Assembly: GCA_963786105.1 (NCBI GenBank)
Contig: CAWAXX010000018.1
Span: forward strand, 1-64,000
Reading direction: 5' to 3'
Length of the DNA stretch: 64,000 nt
Origin: Vulcanimicrobiota bacterium
GTDB lineage: Bacteria; Vulcanimicrobiota; Vulcanimicrobiia; Vulcanimicrobiales; Vulcanimicrobiaceae
Shown: one piece after another, positions 1 to 13,074 of the stretch
Position numbering within the stretch: the stretch's first letter is position 1
Layout: each line of letters starts with the position of its first letter
Notes under the pieces: generated by a model
Told to the model about the DNA's origin: nothing
Seen by the model: only the letters and a program-made list of their open reading frames with translations
The model's database searches: none
Position numbers and translations under genes: made by a program

Positions 1-805
<805 letters not shown>

Positions 806-1195
806 AGTACATGTCGTTGGATCGTGGTCTCCACGATGGCAACGGCGTATACACTCAAGTCGACCACAGACGAAGCCACAGTAAACGCTTCGTTTCGATC
901 TCGTATCGAGACGTCGCGGCCAAGGAATCTATCGCTCAACTCGAGCGTACGATCGGAGGACGTGGCAGGGGATGGTTATCGACACCATTCTTCATGCGCG
1001 GCTCCCGCAATGGGGGTCTACCGACAGGTACTGCACTGTTCAGCTTTGAGGGAACGACCTCGCTTCGAGTTAGACGCTCTGCGTTCGACTCGCCGGCGAA
1101 GCCGCCACCCCAATCGCGGATGGATCGCGAGGCGCCGGCCGGCGAAGTGGACTACGGTCCACGAGCCGTGACGGCAACGAAGCGAGCCGCCGCGA

Positions 1196-1225
1196 GATCT
1201 TTGAAAACTGTATAGAGAAGAACTT
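1196..1225 (+). promoter_or_regulatory. boxA antiterminator-like motif and 5' arm of the pre-23S processing stem
   Basis: GATCTTTGAAAA boxA-like; AAAACTGTATAGAGAAGAACTT (1204-1225) pairs with AAGTTCTTCTCTGTATAGTTTT (4526-4547) after the 23S, allowing G-U. Confidence 0.75.
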
Positions 1226-1326
1226 TCATGTGTCACGACATGAAAGCGGCCATCAAAACCTGCATCTTACGAGCGGCGCGCAAGCGTGGCTCGGCGGATG
1301 GATTTGATGGTGCAATTTTGCGTAAA

Positions 1327-4496
<3,170 letters not shown>

Positions 4497-4678
4497 AACT
4501 ACGCACCGCTAGTCGCGGCACTTGGAAGTTCTTCTCTGTATAGTTTTGGGCCTAAAACGGCTTCGCCGTTTCGGGCACCCAAATTTCCCGGCGCGATCGG
4601 CTGGAGCTCCGGCTCGCCATCGCGACGGGGATCACGTTTGGGCCCTCAGCGATGGCATCGTTGCGGATCCAACAAAGT

Positions 4679-4796
4679 TTCTGGCGTCCACGGCGGCGGG
4701 GACCCACCCGTTCCCATCCCGAACACGGCAGTTAAGCCCGCCAGCGCCGATGATAGTCGGACCGCAGGGTCCCTCGAAAGTAGGTCGGCGCCAGAT
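4679..4796 (+). rRNA. rrf: 5S rRNA
   Basis: TCTGGCG...CGCCAGA terminal helix, CCCATCCCGAACAC, GCCGATGATAGT, AGTAGGTCG motifs. Confidence 0.96.
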
Positions 4797-4806
4797 TATG
4801 ACTAAG

Positions 4807-4842
4807 AAAAGCCCGTCTCGGTAAAACGCGACGGGCTTTTTT
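4807..4842 (+). terminator. Intrinsic (probably bidirectional) terminator of the rRNA operon
   Basis: AAAAGCCCGTC...GACGGGCTTTTTT hairpin with U tract. Confidence 0.85.
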
Positions 4843-4858
4843 CGTGAGGGACCGTTCC

Positions 4859-5857
4859 ATGTTTAGTACATCGACGAGGAGTTTGGCGGCTTGCGCGGTC
4901 TTAGCGTCGGGCCTGCTCCTCTATGCCCTCGCCGTTCCGGCAAGCGCCCAATCCTCTCGGATCGGCGCTGCCGGCGAAGACACCGTCAGCATGGACGTGC
5001 TGCAGGCTGAAAAGCTCAGCGGCTCCGGTCAGGACAAGGCGGCCGTCGAGCTGCTCGATCGGTACCTCGCCGCCCATCCGCAGGACGTGCGAGCATTGGT
5101 CGATCGCGGCGACGCGTACGAATCGCTAGGGAATCAGCGCCTGGCCATTGCGGACTACACGGCCGCTCTCGCGCTCAATCCTGACTACGCCTACGGCTAT
5201 GCGTCGCGTTGCCAATCGCGCTGGGAGATCGACGAAGACGAGCTTGCATTGAACGATTGCAATAAGGCTCTCGAGCTCAATCCAAAGATGGCCTACGCCC
5301 TGCGCCAGCGCGCGTTGATCGAAATCGACCTCAAGCAACTCGACAACGCGTTGCGGGACGCCAACCGTGCTGTCGCTCTCGACCCCAACGAGGCCTACAG
5401 CCTGTCGACGCGCTGCCACGTATACGTCGCCGGCGGCAATGACGACGCGGCGATCAAGGATTGTACCGCCGCCATCGGCCTCAACGATCGCATGAACACG
5501 CCGTATTTCTATCGTGGACGAGCCGAGATCGACGAGAAGGACTGGATCGCCGCCGCGAGCGATTTTTCTAAAGTCATTGCGAACGATCCGTCCGAAACGG
5601 GCGCTTATTACTGGCGCGCGATGGCGCGCGCGAACACGTCGACGTACGCCCAGGCCCTCAAAGACGTCGATCACTATTTGGAAATGCATCCTGACGACGG
5701 AGACGCGCATCTTCTTCGGGCGCAGATCGAATTGGGATTGGGAAACCGCGACGCTGCCAAAGCTTCGGCGACCGATGCACTGCGGCACTATCGCATCGAC
5801 AACAACCAGGCCGGCGCGGACAGGGCGCAGGCCATGCTCGACCGGCTGTCGGGATAG
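4859..5857 (+). CDS. Secreted tetratricopeptide-repeat protein
   Basis: Signal peptide (ASA-Q), multiple TPR units (RG...A..DY..A..L.P). Confidence 0.85.
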   Translation: MFSTSTRSLAACAVLASGLLLYALAVPASAQSSRIGAAGEDTVSMDVLQAEKLSGSGQDKAAVELLDRYLAAHPQDVRALVDRGDAYESLGNQRLAIADYTAALALNPDYAYGYASRCQSRWEIDEDELALNDCNKALELNPKMAYALRQRALIEIDLKQLDNALRDANRAVALDPNEAYSLSTRCHVYVAGGNDDAAIKDCTAAIGLNDRMNTPYFYRGRAEIDEKDWIAAASDFSKVIANDPSETGAYYWRAMARANTSTYAQALKDVDHYLEMHPDDGDAHLLRAQIELGLGNRDAAKASATDALRHYRIDNNQAGADRAQAMLDRLSG

Positions 5858-5858
5858 T

Positions 5859-7040
5859 TCAGGGCTTCGGCCGGACGCGATAGACGACGCCGGCGCTATC
5901 GTCGGCGACGAACAAGCTCCCTTGCGAGCCAACGGCGAGGCCGGTCGGCCGGCCGATGCGCTCGCGCCTTCCAGCCACCTGGAATCCCGTGACGAAAGCG
6001 CGCCATTGCGTGCGCGGATCGTCCCAGTCTACCGCCGTCGCCGGGCGGCCGTTCCGCATCGCGACTGAAACCACTTGTGGAAGCGCCGCATAGGCACCGC
6101 CGGGTGTCCGATGCCACGAGCCGTGTGCGGCCGCGAACAGCGCACCGCGATAGGCTGCAGGGAAAGCAAACGCGCCGGCCGGATGCTCGGGATAGAAAAC
6201 GGCGCCGATAATGGTCGAATACGCCGGAAGAACGACCAGCGGTGCGACGACCCCGGAACAGCGAGCGCCGGGCGCGTATGGCATCCGGTTCTCCTCGCAC
6301 TCCGGCCAACCATAGTCGGCGATGCCGGCGTGAGAAGAGAGGTCGTCGAGAAACTCGTACGGGTGCCCGAACGGGAGGTCGTCTTGACCCGCGTCTCCCG
6401 CCCAGAGCGCCCCGCTTTCGGGTTGCACCGTCAGCGCGATCGCGTTGCGAATGCGGGTGGCGCGTTTGACGATGCGCTCTCCGGCCGGGCTCATTTGGAA
6501 GATCGATGCGCGCGTCGCGTCGGTTTCGGCGCACGCATTACAGGACGAACCCACGGCGACGTAGAGCGTATCGGTGACGTCGGAAAACGCGACCGAGGTT
6601 GTCGAATGGGCGTCCCCGTCGCTGTGCGGCGCGACCGGGCCGGTGCGCACGCTCGCGATCTGCCGCCACGTTCCGGCGGCGTGCTGACCGCTGACGTACG
6701 GGATTGTGTAGACGGCATGTTCGGTGGCGATGTAGATTTCGCGGCGCCGCGCGGAAAAGGCCACGCCGGCGGCGATGTCGTCCGGGGCCGTTGCAAAAAC
6801 GCGCGGTTGTTCCGGCGCGTGCGCTTCGGAGTTGGGAACGACGTACACGTCGCGGCCGCTGGTTCCCACCAGGAGGTCGCCGTTGGGCAACGCCGCGAGC
6901 TCGCGCGCGCCGGGCACGGCTGCAATCGTAGCAATGGTAAAATCCGCGGGCACGACGACGCCGGGTGCGGCGACGGCCAAGGCGGACTTCGCAAGGCCCG
7001 CCGCGCATCCGGCGAAAAACAGAGTTGTCGACCGTACCAT
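5859..7040 (-). CDS. Glucose/sorbosone dehydrogenase-family (PQQ-type) beta-propeller protein
   Basis: LYVAVGSSCN, IRNAIAL, DYGWPEC, GRPTGLAVG..GSLFVADD motifs; start taken at the N-terminal hydrophobic segment. Confidence 0.8.
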   Translation of the reverse strand: MVRSTTLFFAGCAAGLAKSALAVAAPGVVVPADFTIATIAAVPGARELAALPNGDLLVGTSGRDVYVVPNSEAHAPEQPRVFATAPDDIAAGVAFSARRREIYIATEHAVYTIPYVSGQHAAGTWRQIASVRTGPVAPHSDGDAHSTTSVAFSDVTDTLYVAVGSSCNACAETDATRASIFQMSPAGERIVKRATRIRNAIALTVQPESGALWAGDAGQDDLPFGHPYEFLDDLSSHAGIADYGWPECEENRMPYAPGARCSGVVAPLVVLPAYSTIIGAVFYPEHPAGAFAFPAAYRGALFAAAHGSWHRTPGGAYAALPQVVSVAMRNGRPATAVDWDDPRTQWRAFVTGFQVAGRRERIGRPTGLAVGSQGSLFVADDSAGVVYRVRPKP

Positions 7041-7560
7041 GCGCGATTCGTCTCCCTCTAGCCTCGATGGTACCCCGGCCCCGTATCGATACGAAGGGGT
7101 GTTCTTCGATTTGTTCGGCACCCTGATCGACGAAACTGCGACGGCCGTGAAAGGCGCCGTCGAGCGCTTAGAAGAGTGCCGCGGCGCGCGTTGGGCAATC
7201 GTGACGTCGACGGATAGGCGTTTGGCGTCGCGCCTGATCGCGCATGCCCGCCTGCCGGATCCTCCGTTACTCGTAACGGCGGACGACGTGCCCCGTAACA
7301 AGCCGGCTCCGGACGGTTACCTCTACGCCGCGGTGCATCTGGGAGTACGACCGGACCGCGCGGTCGCCTTCGAGGATACCGCTGGAGGGATCGCCGCGGG
7401 TTGCGCGGCCGGGATGGATGTCGTCGCCGTTCTTCGCGGGCGCAATGCGGAGTTTGCCGGCGGGGCAACGTTCGTGGTAACGGACCTAACGAAACTGCGC
7501 CTCCGCACGAGCGAAGGCGCAGTGTACCTGATGCTCGCAGGAGCGAGCGGCGGGCGCTAA
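7039..7560 (+). CDS. HAD-superfamily hydrolase (IA), short/capless
   Basis: FDLFGTLID motif I variant, IVTS, KPAPDGY, FEDT..GIAA; start uncertain (ATG 7039 or GTG 7099). Confidence 0.75.
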   Translation: MRDSSPSSLDGTPAPYRYEGVFFDLFGTLIDETATAVKGAVERLEECRGARWAIVTSTDRRLASRLIAHARLPDPPLLVTADDVPRNKPAPDGYLYAAVHLGVRPDRAVAFEDTAGGIAAGCAAGMDVVAVLRGRNAEFAGGATFVVTDLTKLRLRTSEGAVYLMLAGASGGR

Positions 7561-8000
7561 AGAAGCGGCGGAGCCGGCTGAACCTGCTGCGGCTGCATCG
7601 GTTGCATCTGCTGTGGCTGAGCCATGGGCTGCCCCTGCATGTGGCGCTGCTCGTGCTGCGCCTTAGACTGCTGCATCATCTGACGTAGTTGAGTCTGCTG
7701 CTGGGGATTCAAGAGTCCGAGGATCTGATCGCGCAGGGCGTGTGCTCCGGCTTCGTCCCGGGCGCTTCCCGCGGGATGCTGCGCGGCGAACTGGTCGAGC
7801 AATCCTTGGACGTGCTGTTGCTGCTGCGTGGAGAGATTGAGACCGGCTAGGCGCTTGGTCCAACGCCGGTATTCGTGCGCGGCTTGCCCTCCCTGGCCTG
7901 GCTGCATCTGCGACTGAGCGGGCGGCGGTTGAACCTGCGCCGACACCGCAATCGGCCACGTGAGGGCCGCGAGGAGCACGGCCAAAGAGACGGTTTTCAT
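7557..8000 (-). CDS. Secreted Gln-rich protein, Spy/CpxP (LTXXQ)-like
   Basis: Signal peptide; LNLSTQQ and LLNPQQ motifs; TATCAT 6 nt before ATG suggests a leaderless mRNA. Confidence 0.6.
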   Translation of the reverse strand: MKTVSLAVLLAALTWPIAVSAQVQPPPAQSQMQPGQGGQAAHEYRRWTKRLAGLNLSTQQQQHVQGLLDQFAAQHPAGSARDEAGAHALRDQILGLLNPQQQTQLRQMMQQSKAQHEQRHMQGQPMAQPQQMQPMQPQQVQPAPPLL

Positions 8001-8068
8001 GGCACTATGATAGCGAGGCTCGCCAGGGCGAGCCTGAAGGACGCATTAGGATGCCGCGCGGGGGGCTT

Positions 8069-8518
8069 CTAGCCGGCCAATTCCAGCGTTCTGGCGGCCC
8101 GCGCGACGATCTCGAGCTTCGTCCCGGCGGGGTCCTCGAAGAAGACGGCCGGATATTCCTCGAAGTCGGCGCTCCGCTCGACGTTGTGCGCTCCGATGTG
8201 CCGCAAGAGCGATTCGATTTCGATCAAGCGCGAGCGATCGACGCGAAAGGCGATACGCGTAGCGCCCGGCACGTGATCGCCGCGCTCGATAAAACCCACG
8301 AAAAATGTCGCTCGCTCGGGATGGGCCTCCTCGAAAAACTCGATGGCGTTGTACCGGTGATCGGAAGACGCTTCGTGCCAATCTCCCGAGTCGTCGACGT
8401 ACGAAAAGCGCTTGCGCGGCAACCCGAGCTCGGGCATCAAGGCATCGTAGAACGATTCCACCGCTGCGAGCGAACGCACGCGGCAGTCGACATGATCGTA
8501 ACCGGCGAAAGCAGGCAC
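8069..8518 (-). CDS. VOC/glyoxalase family protein
   Basis: DHVDCRV...FYDAL; RIAF; YPAVFFEDPAGTKLEIV. Confidence 0.85.
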   Translation of the reverse strand: MPAFAGYDHVDCRVRSLAAVESFYDALMPELGLPRKRFSYVDDSGDWHEASSDHRYNAIEFFEEAHPERATFFVGFIERGDHVPGATRIAFRVDRSRLIEIESLLRHIGAHNVERSADFEEYPAVFFEDPAGTKLEIVARAARTLELAG

Positions 8519-8528
8519 GGGAAAACGC

Positions 8529-10091
8529 CTACGGCTTGATCGCTATCGCCTTTACGGCATCGGACGCTTGCGCTTCAAACCGCTTGAAGTTCTCGAAGAA
8601 CAGTGCGGCCAGCTTCTTGGCTTGCGCGTCGTAAGCGGCTTTGTCTGACCAGGCGACGCGCGGATTGAGAACCTCGTCGGGGACGTTCGGAACGTGCTTG
8701 GGAACGCGCAGCCCGAAGAACGGCTCGATCTCGAAGTCGTGGGCGATGCGGCCCTCGATGGCGGCGTTGACCATGGCGCGCGTATGCGCGATGGACATCC
8801 GCTGGCCCGTCCCGTACGCGCCCCCCGTCCAGCCGGTGTTGACCAGCCAGCACTCGACCTTGTGCTCGTCGATCTTTTTCCCCAGCAATCGCGCGTACGT
8901 GGTCGGATGGTGCACCATGAACGGCGCACCGAAACAAGTAGAAAAGGTTGCTTGGGGCTCGGTGATCCCGCGCTCGGTTCCGGCAACCTTAGCGGTATAG
9001 CCGGAAAGGAAATGATACATCGCTTGTTCCGGCGAGAGTTTCGAGATTGGAGGCAGCACGCCGAATGCGTCCGCGGTCAGCATCACGATGGTGTTGGGAT
9101 GGCCCGCTTGACTACCCGGCACGATGTTGGGAATGAACTCCAGCGGGTACGCGGCGCGCGTATTCTCCGTATTGGCCTCGGAATCGACGTCGAGCGCGCG
9201 GGTCTCACTATCGTACGCGACGTTTTCCAACACCGTGGAGAAGTGGTGGGTCGCCGCCCAAATCTCCGGCTCCGCCTTAGGCGAAAGGCGAATAACTTTG
9301 GCGTAGCAGCCGCCTTCGAAGTTAAACACGCCGTCGGCCGACCAGCCGTGCTCGTCGTCGCCGATAAGGGGGCGATGCGAATCCGACGACAGCGTGGTCT
9401 TTCCGGTTCCCGATAGGCCGAAGAAGATGGCGACGTCGCCATCCTTGCCCACGTTCGCCGAGCAGTGCATCGGCAACGTCTCGCGCAAAGGCAGCAGATA
9501 GTTCATAACGGTGAAGACGGATTTCTTGATTTCGCCGGCATACTTCGTCCCGCCGATCAAGATCATGCGCCGCGCGAAGTTCACCAGGATAAAGGTCGAC
9601 GTGCGCGTCCCATCGCGAGCCGGATCGGCTTGGAATAGAGATACGTCGACGACGGTGAACTCGGGAACGAAACCGGGATCCGGCTTTTCGGGCGTGATGA
9701 ACAGATGGCGCGCGAAGAGACTCTGCCACGCAAACTCGGTGTAAACGCGCACCGGCATGCGGTAGCGTTCGTCGGCGCCAACGTAGCAGTCGATGGCGTA
9801 CGCTTCGCGTTCGCACAGATATGCGCTGACTCTATCCCACAGCACGTCGAACATCGTGGCATCGATCGCCTGGTTGCTGTCGCTCCAATCGATGTACTCC
9901 TGGCTCGAGGGTTCCTTAACGAAGAACTTGTCCTTCGGCGAACGCCCGGTGTGCGGCCGCGTATCGACGATGACTTGCCCGTCTGGGCCGACCGCCGCCT
10001 CGCCGCGGCGAATTGCGTGCTCGACGAGTTCGGGAACCGAGAGGTTCTCCCAGAGCTTGGCAACCTTGAGTTTTTCCGGAACGGTAAGAAT
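8529..10091 (-). CDS. pckA: Phosphoenolpyruvate carboxykinase (ATP)
   Basis: TGRSPKDK, YAGEIKKS, FFGLSGTGKTTLS, LIGDDEHGW, NFEGGCYAK; start inferred at ATT after GGGGAGGG. Confidence 0.95.
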   Translation of the reverse strand: MLTVPEKLKVAKLWENLSVPELVEHAIRRGEAAVGPDGQVIVDTRPHTGRSPKDKFFVKEPSSQEYIDWSDSNQAIDATMFDVLWDRVSAYLCEREAYAIDCYVGADERYRMPVRVYTEFAWQSLFARHLFITPEKPDPGFVPEFTVVDVSLFQADPARDGTRTSTFILVNFARRMILIGGTKYAGEIKKSVFTVMNYLLPLRETLPMHCSANVGKDGDVAIFFGLSGTGKTTLSSDSHRPLIGDDEHGWSADGVFNFEGGCYAKVIRLSPKAEPEIWAATHHFSTVLENVAYDSETRALDVDSEANTENTRAAYPLEFIPNIVPGSQAGHPNTIVMLTADAFGVLPPISKLSPEQAMYHFLSGYTAKVAGTERGITEPQATFSTCFGAPFMVHHPTTYARLLGKKIDEHKVECWLVNTGWTGGAYGTGQRMSIAHTRAMVNAAIEGRIAHDFEIEPFFGLRVPKHVPNVPDEVLNPRVAWSDKAAYDAQAKKLAALFFENFKRFEAQASDAVKAIAIKP

Positions 10092-10200
10092 GGTGAGACC
10101 CTCCCCGACGTATGGCAGTTTCCTACAGTCTAAGCGGTTTTTCCACGTCGCTCGCGCGTGCCTGCAGGCGCGTTCGGAGACGGGTCCAATGCTGAGATCC

Positions 10201-11364
10201 ATGCGCAGAGCCAGCTTCCTATGTGCGGCGCTCGCGGCCGCGTTGTTTGCCGCCGCGGTGCCGGCGGATGCCGTATTGCCCTTTGGATTCGGGCTTTTTC
10301 CTGCCGGACCGCTGGACGGGATAACCGACGTAGCCGGCGTCCGCGTGGGACACGTGACGAAGATCGCCGGGCAAGACATTCGCACTGGCGCGACGGCAGT
10401 GCTTCCCAACGCCGACCCGTGGGATGGTAAAGTGGCTGCGGCATTCGTCGCATTCAACGGCAACGGCGAGATGACGGGAACGCACTGGATCGAGGAGTCC
10501 GGCTACCTGGAAGAGCCGATCGTCCTCACCGACACGCTCGACGTCGGGCGCGCCGCCGACGGCGTGGTCAGCTGGGTCATCGAGCATCACCCAAAAGTCG
10601 GACGTGGAGACGACGTGCCGCTGCCGGTCGTTGCGGAGTGCGACGATGGCGCGCTGAACGACATTCAAGCTCGCGCGGTCAGCGGCGCGGACGTCGTGCA
10701 CCTTTTAGACTCGGCGGCTACCGGGCAATTCGAGCGCGGTAGCGTCGGCGCCGGCACCGGCATGGCGGCGTTTGGATTCAAGGCGGGCATCGGCTCGGCG
10801 TCGCGCGTGTTGCCGAGCGATCTTGGCGGTTACCGCGTGGGCGTGCTGGTGAACGACAATACGGGCAGCGGGCGACGTTTGCTGACGATCGTCGGCGTTC
10901 CAGTCGGCGAGCGTCTCAAGAACGAGTTGCGCCCCGTGTTTCCCAAAGACGTCACGCTCAAGGGCCGGCTGGGCTACGGCAGCATCGTCATCGTTATCGC
11001 CACCGATGCGCCGCTCGACAGCCGGCAGCTGCGCGCGCTGGCGTTGCGCGCTGCGATGGGGATGGGCCGCGTCGGGCTCACGTCGTACGTTGGTAGCGGC
11101 GATCTGATCGTGGCGTTCTCGACGTCGCAGGTGTTCGAGCGCACGGCCGACTTCACGGTTGCGCCGCCGCCGCACCCGATTCTCGAGGACGACGACGCCA
11201 TCAACGGCCTCTATACGGCGACTGCCGAAGCAACGCAGGCCGCCATCTACGATGCCTTATTTGAGTCGAAGACCGTCACCGGCCGGCGCGGAATCACCGT
11301 GTATGGGTTGCCGGTCGATCGCGTGATGCAAATGCTGAGGACCGCCGGCGCGATTTCACCTTGA
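10201..11364 (+). CDS. P1/S58 (DmpA-type) aminopeptidase, secreted
   Basis: ITDVAGVRVGH, PVVAECDD, GSVGAGTGM, GSIVIVIATDAPL autoprocessing motif; signal peptide. Confidence 0.88.
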   Translation: MRRASFLCAALAAALFAAAVPADAVLPFGFGLFPAGPLDGITDVAGVRVGHVTKIAGQDIRTGATAVLPNADPWDGKVAAAFVAFNGNGEMTGTHWIEESGYLEEPIVLTDTLDVGRAADGVVSWVIEHHPKVGRGDDVPLPVVAECDDGALNDIQARAVSGADVVHLLDSAATGQFERGSVGAGTGMAAFGFKAGIGSASRVLPSDLGGYRVGVLVNDNTGSGRRLLTIVGVPVGERLKNELRPVFPKDVTLKGRLGYGSIVIVIATDAPLDSRQLRALALRAAMGMGRVGLTSYVGSGDLIVAFSTSQVFERTADFTVAPPPHPILEDDDAINGLYTATAEATQAAIYDALFESKTVTGRRGITVYGLPVDRVMQMLRTAGAISP

Positions 11365-11389
11365 CGTATCGATGGACTGGCGCTATACT
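11361..11389 (+). promoter_or_regulatory. Sigma70 promoter of the GntR gene
   Basis: TTGACG-N17-TATACT. Confidence 0.75.
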
Positions 11390-11398
11390 GAGCCCATA

Positions 11399-11420
11399 GT
11401 GTCCTGGTGTATTAGGACAC
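11399..11420. promoter_or_regulatory. Putative YtrA/GntR operator
   Basis: Perfect inverted repeat GTGTCCT-N8-AGGACAC just downstream of the -10. Confidence 0.7.
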
Positions 11421-11432
11421 AATAACACTACG

Positions 11433-11816
11433 ATGGAAACAAGGCTGCTATCCGTTGACGACCAGTCGCCGGTTCCGGTGTACGCACAGCTCTCCGAGCA
11501 GATGTTGGGGGCCCTCGCACGTGGGGACCTCGCGGTCGGGGAACAGCTTCCCAGCGTGCGCGACGTCGCCGCGCGCCTGGGAGTCAATCCGAATACCGTC
11601 AACCGCGCCTATGCCGAGCTCGAACGCCTCGGCGCGGTCGAGACGCGGCGAGGCCGGGGCACGTTCGTGTCGGCCCGGCGGACGCGGCGTACGCTGCCGG
11701 GTAGTCCGCGTCTGGCCGAGATCGCAGAACCGTTCGTCGCCCGCGCTCAGGCCTTGGGTTACGCCGGCCATCAGATCGTCGACACCGTTGCAAGAATCGT
11801 GAGGAGGAGCCCATGA
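11433..11816 (+). CDS. GntR family regulator, YtrA subfamily
   Basis: 127 aa; PVYAQL...LPSVR.VA..LGVNPNTV.RAY.ELE...RGRGTFV. Confidence 0.9.
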   Translation: METRLLSVDDQSPVPVYAQLSEQMLGALARGDLAVGEQLPSVRDVAARLGVNPNTVNRAYAELERLGAVETRRGRGTFVSARRTRRTLPGSPRLAEIAEPFVARAQALGYAGHQIVDTVARIVRRSP

Positions 11817-11917
11817 ACGCACTACTGATCGGAGGTATCGTGATTTTCGCGGTTTGGCTGGAGCGGCGGCGGCGAGCGCCCGCTCGACGCATACGCCCGT
11901 CGGTAACGCGGTGGTAG
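11813..11917 (+). CDS. Putative 34-aa single-pass membrane peptide
   Basis: ATGA overlap with the GntR stop, GAGGAGG RBS; MNALLIGGIVIFAVWLERRRRAPARRIRPSVTRW. Confidence 0.55.
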   Translation: MNALLIGGIVIFAVWLERRRRAPARRIRPSVTRW

Positions 11918-11952
11918 CCGTTATGGTATGATCTCTGGCCGGAGGTATCGCA

Positions 11953-12132
11953 ATGACGAAGAAGCGGCGGCGGCGCAAACTGCCGAAAATCGTGCCTCGC
12001 CGCGGCCCGGCGATCAATCTTCGCCCGGCCGGCGCGCACGAATCGATCAAACGCTACAACCGTAAGAAACTCAAAATCGCCCTTCAGCAAGAACTGGAGG
12101 GCGATTATCTTAGGCAGCCGTCACGCAATTAG
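11953..12132 (+). CDS. Putative 59-aa highly basic small protein
   Basis: GGAGGT RBS at 11941, TGGTATGAT extended -10 upstream; MTKKRRRRKLPKIVPRRGPAINLRPAGAHESIKRYNRKKLK... Confidence 0.6.
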   Translation: MTKKRRRRKLPKIVPRRGPAINLRPAGAHESIKRYNRKKLKIALQQELEGDYLRQPSRN

Positions 12133-13071
12133 GTCGCGGTCGACCAAAATTTCGCGCGGATCGATGAGATGCTTGTTGAGACCGAGCTTGTCCGGCGAGA
12201 CGCCCAGCGCAAACGCCACCAGTTGCGGTAAATGAAAGGTGGGCAAATCGGTACGGCCCCAGCGGGCGGCCGAGTCGGCTTGGTAGCCGTCCAGGGCCAA
12301 ATGGCAGAGCGGGCAGGGCGTAATCACCGCTTCTGCGCCGCGTTCTTTCGCCATGCGCATGTTCTGACCGACCATGTCGGTCGCCACGTTATCCTTTTCC
12401 AACTGAATGTGAAATCCGCAGCAGCGCGTTTTGCCCGCGTAGTCGACGGCTTCGCCGCCGATTGCTTCGATGACGTCTTCGAGCGAGTGCGGATTGCGCG
12501 CCGACTCCCACCCGTTCACGCTCTCGGGACGGATGATGTGGCATCCGTAGAACGGCGCCACCTTCAGGCCGTTGAGCGGATGGACGACCATCGCGCGCAG
12601 ATTGTCGAGGCCGATGTCGTCGATCAGAAGCCAGAGCAAATGGCGAACCGTCACGGTGCCTTCGTACTTCGCACCGAACTTTCCGAGAATGGCGTTGGCA
12701 TGATCCATGCGGGCTTCGCTTTCGCGCAGTTCTTTGTTGGCGGCGCGCATGTGGCCGGTGCAGGTCGAACAAATCGTGATGACGTCGTCGAGTCCGAGCG
12801 CTTCGGCCTGGGCGTAGGTGCGCGCATTGAGCACGCGCGCGACGTCGCGATTGACGTCGTTGACCACCGAGGCACCGCAACAGGAAGCGGCCGTCAGCTC
12901 GATCAGCTCGATGCCGAGCTTGTCGGCTAGGAGCATGGTCGAATTGAAGAGTTCCTTGCACGACTCTTTGGCCACGCAGCCGGGGAAGAAGCCGTACCGC
13001 TTGGTCTGCGCGGAATGCGTGCGACGATGCGCGTCGAGCGGAAGGTCTTCGGGAAGTAAGGTGCTGCTCAT
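12121..13071 (-). CDS. HdrB-like CCG-domain subunit (SdhE-type anchor of succinate dehydrogenase)
   Basis: FFPGC...SCCG...CSTC and FYGC...CCG...PCPLC; cotranscribed with sdhAB. Confidence 0.85.
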   Translation of the reverse strand: MSSTLLPEDLPLDAHRRTHSAQTKRYGFFPGCVAKESCKELFNSTMLLADKLGIELIELTAASCCGASVVNDVNRDVARVLNARTYAQAEALGLDDVITICSTCTGHMRAANKELRESEARMDHANAILGKFGAKYEGTVTVRHLLWLLIDDIGLDNLRAMVVHPLNGLKVAPFYGCHIIRPESVNGWESARNPHSLEDVIEAIGGEAVDYAGKTRCCGFHIQLEKDNVATDMVGQNMRMAKERGAEAVITPCPLCHLALDGYQADSAARWGRTDLPTFHLPQLVAFALGVSPDKLGLNKHLIDPREILVDRDLIA

Positions 13072-13074
13072 AGG

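Noticed and set aside
7038..7041. Head-to-head overlapping ATGs (CATG) here and at 10200-10203
   Set aside because: CATG is trivially palindromic and alternative starts exist (GTG 7099; ATT 10091)
7557..7690. CAG-rich repeats
   Set aside because: Explained by the Gln/Pro/Met low-complexity tail of the secreted protein
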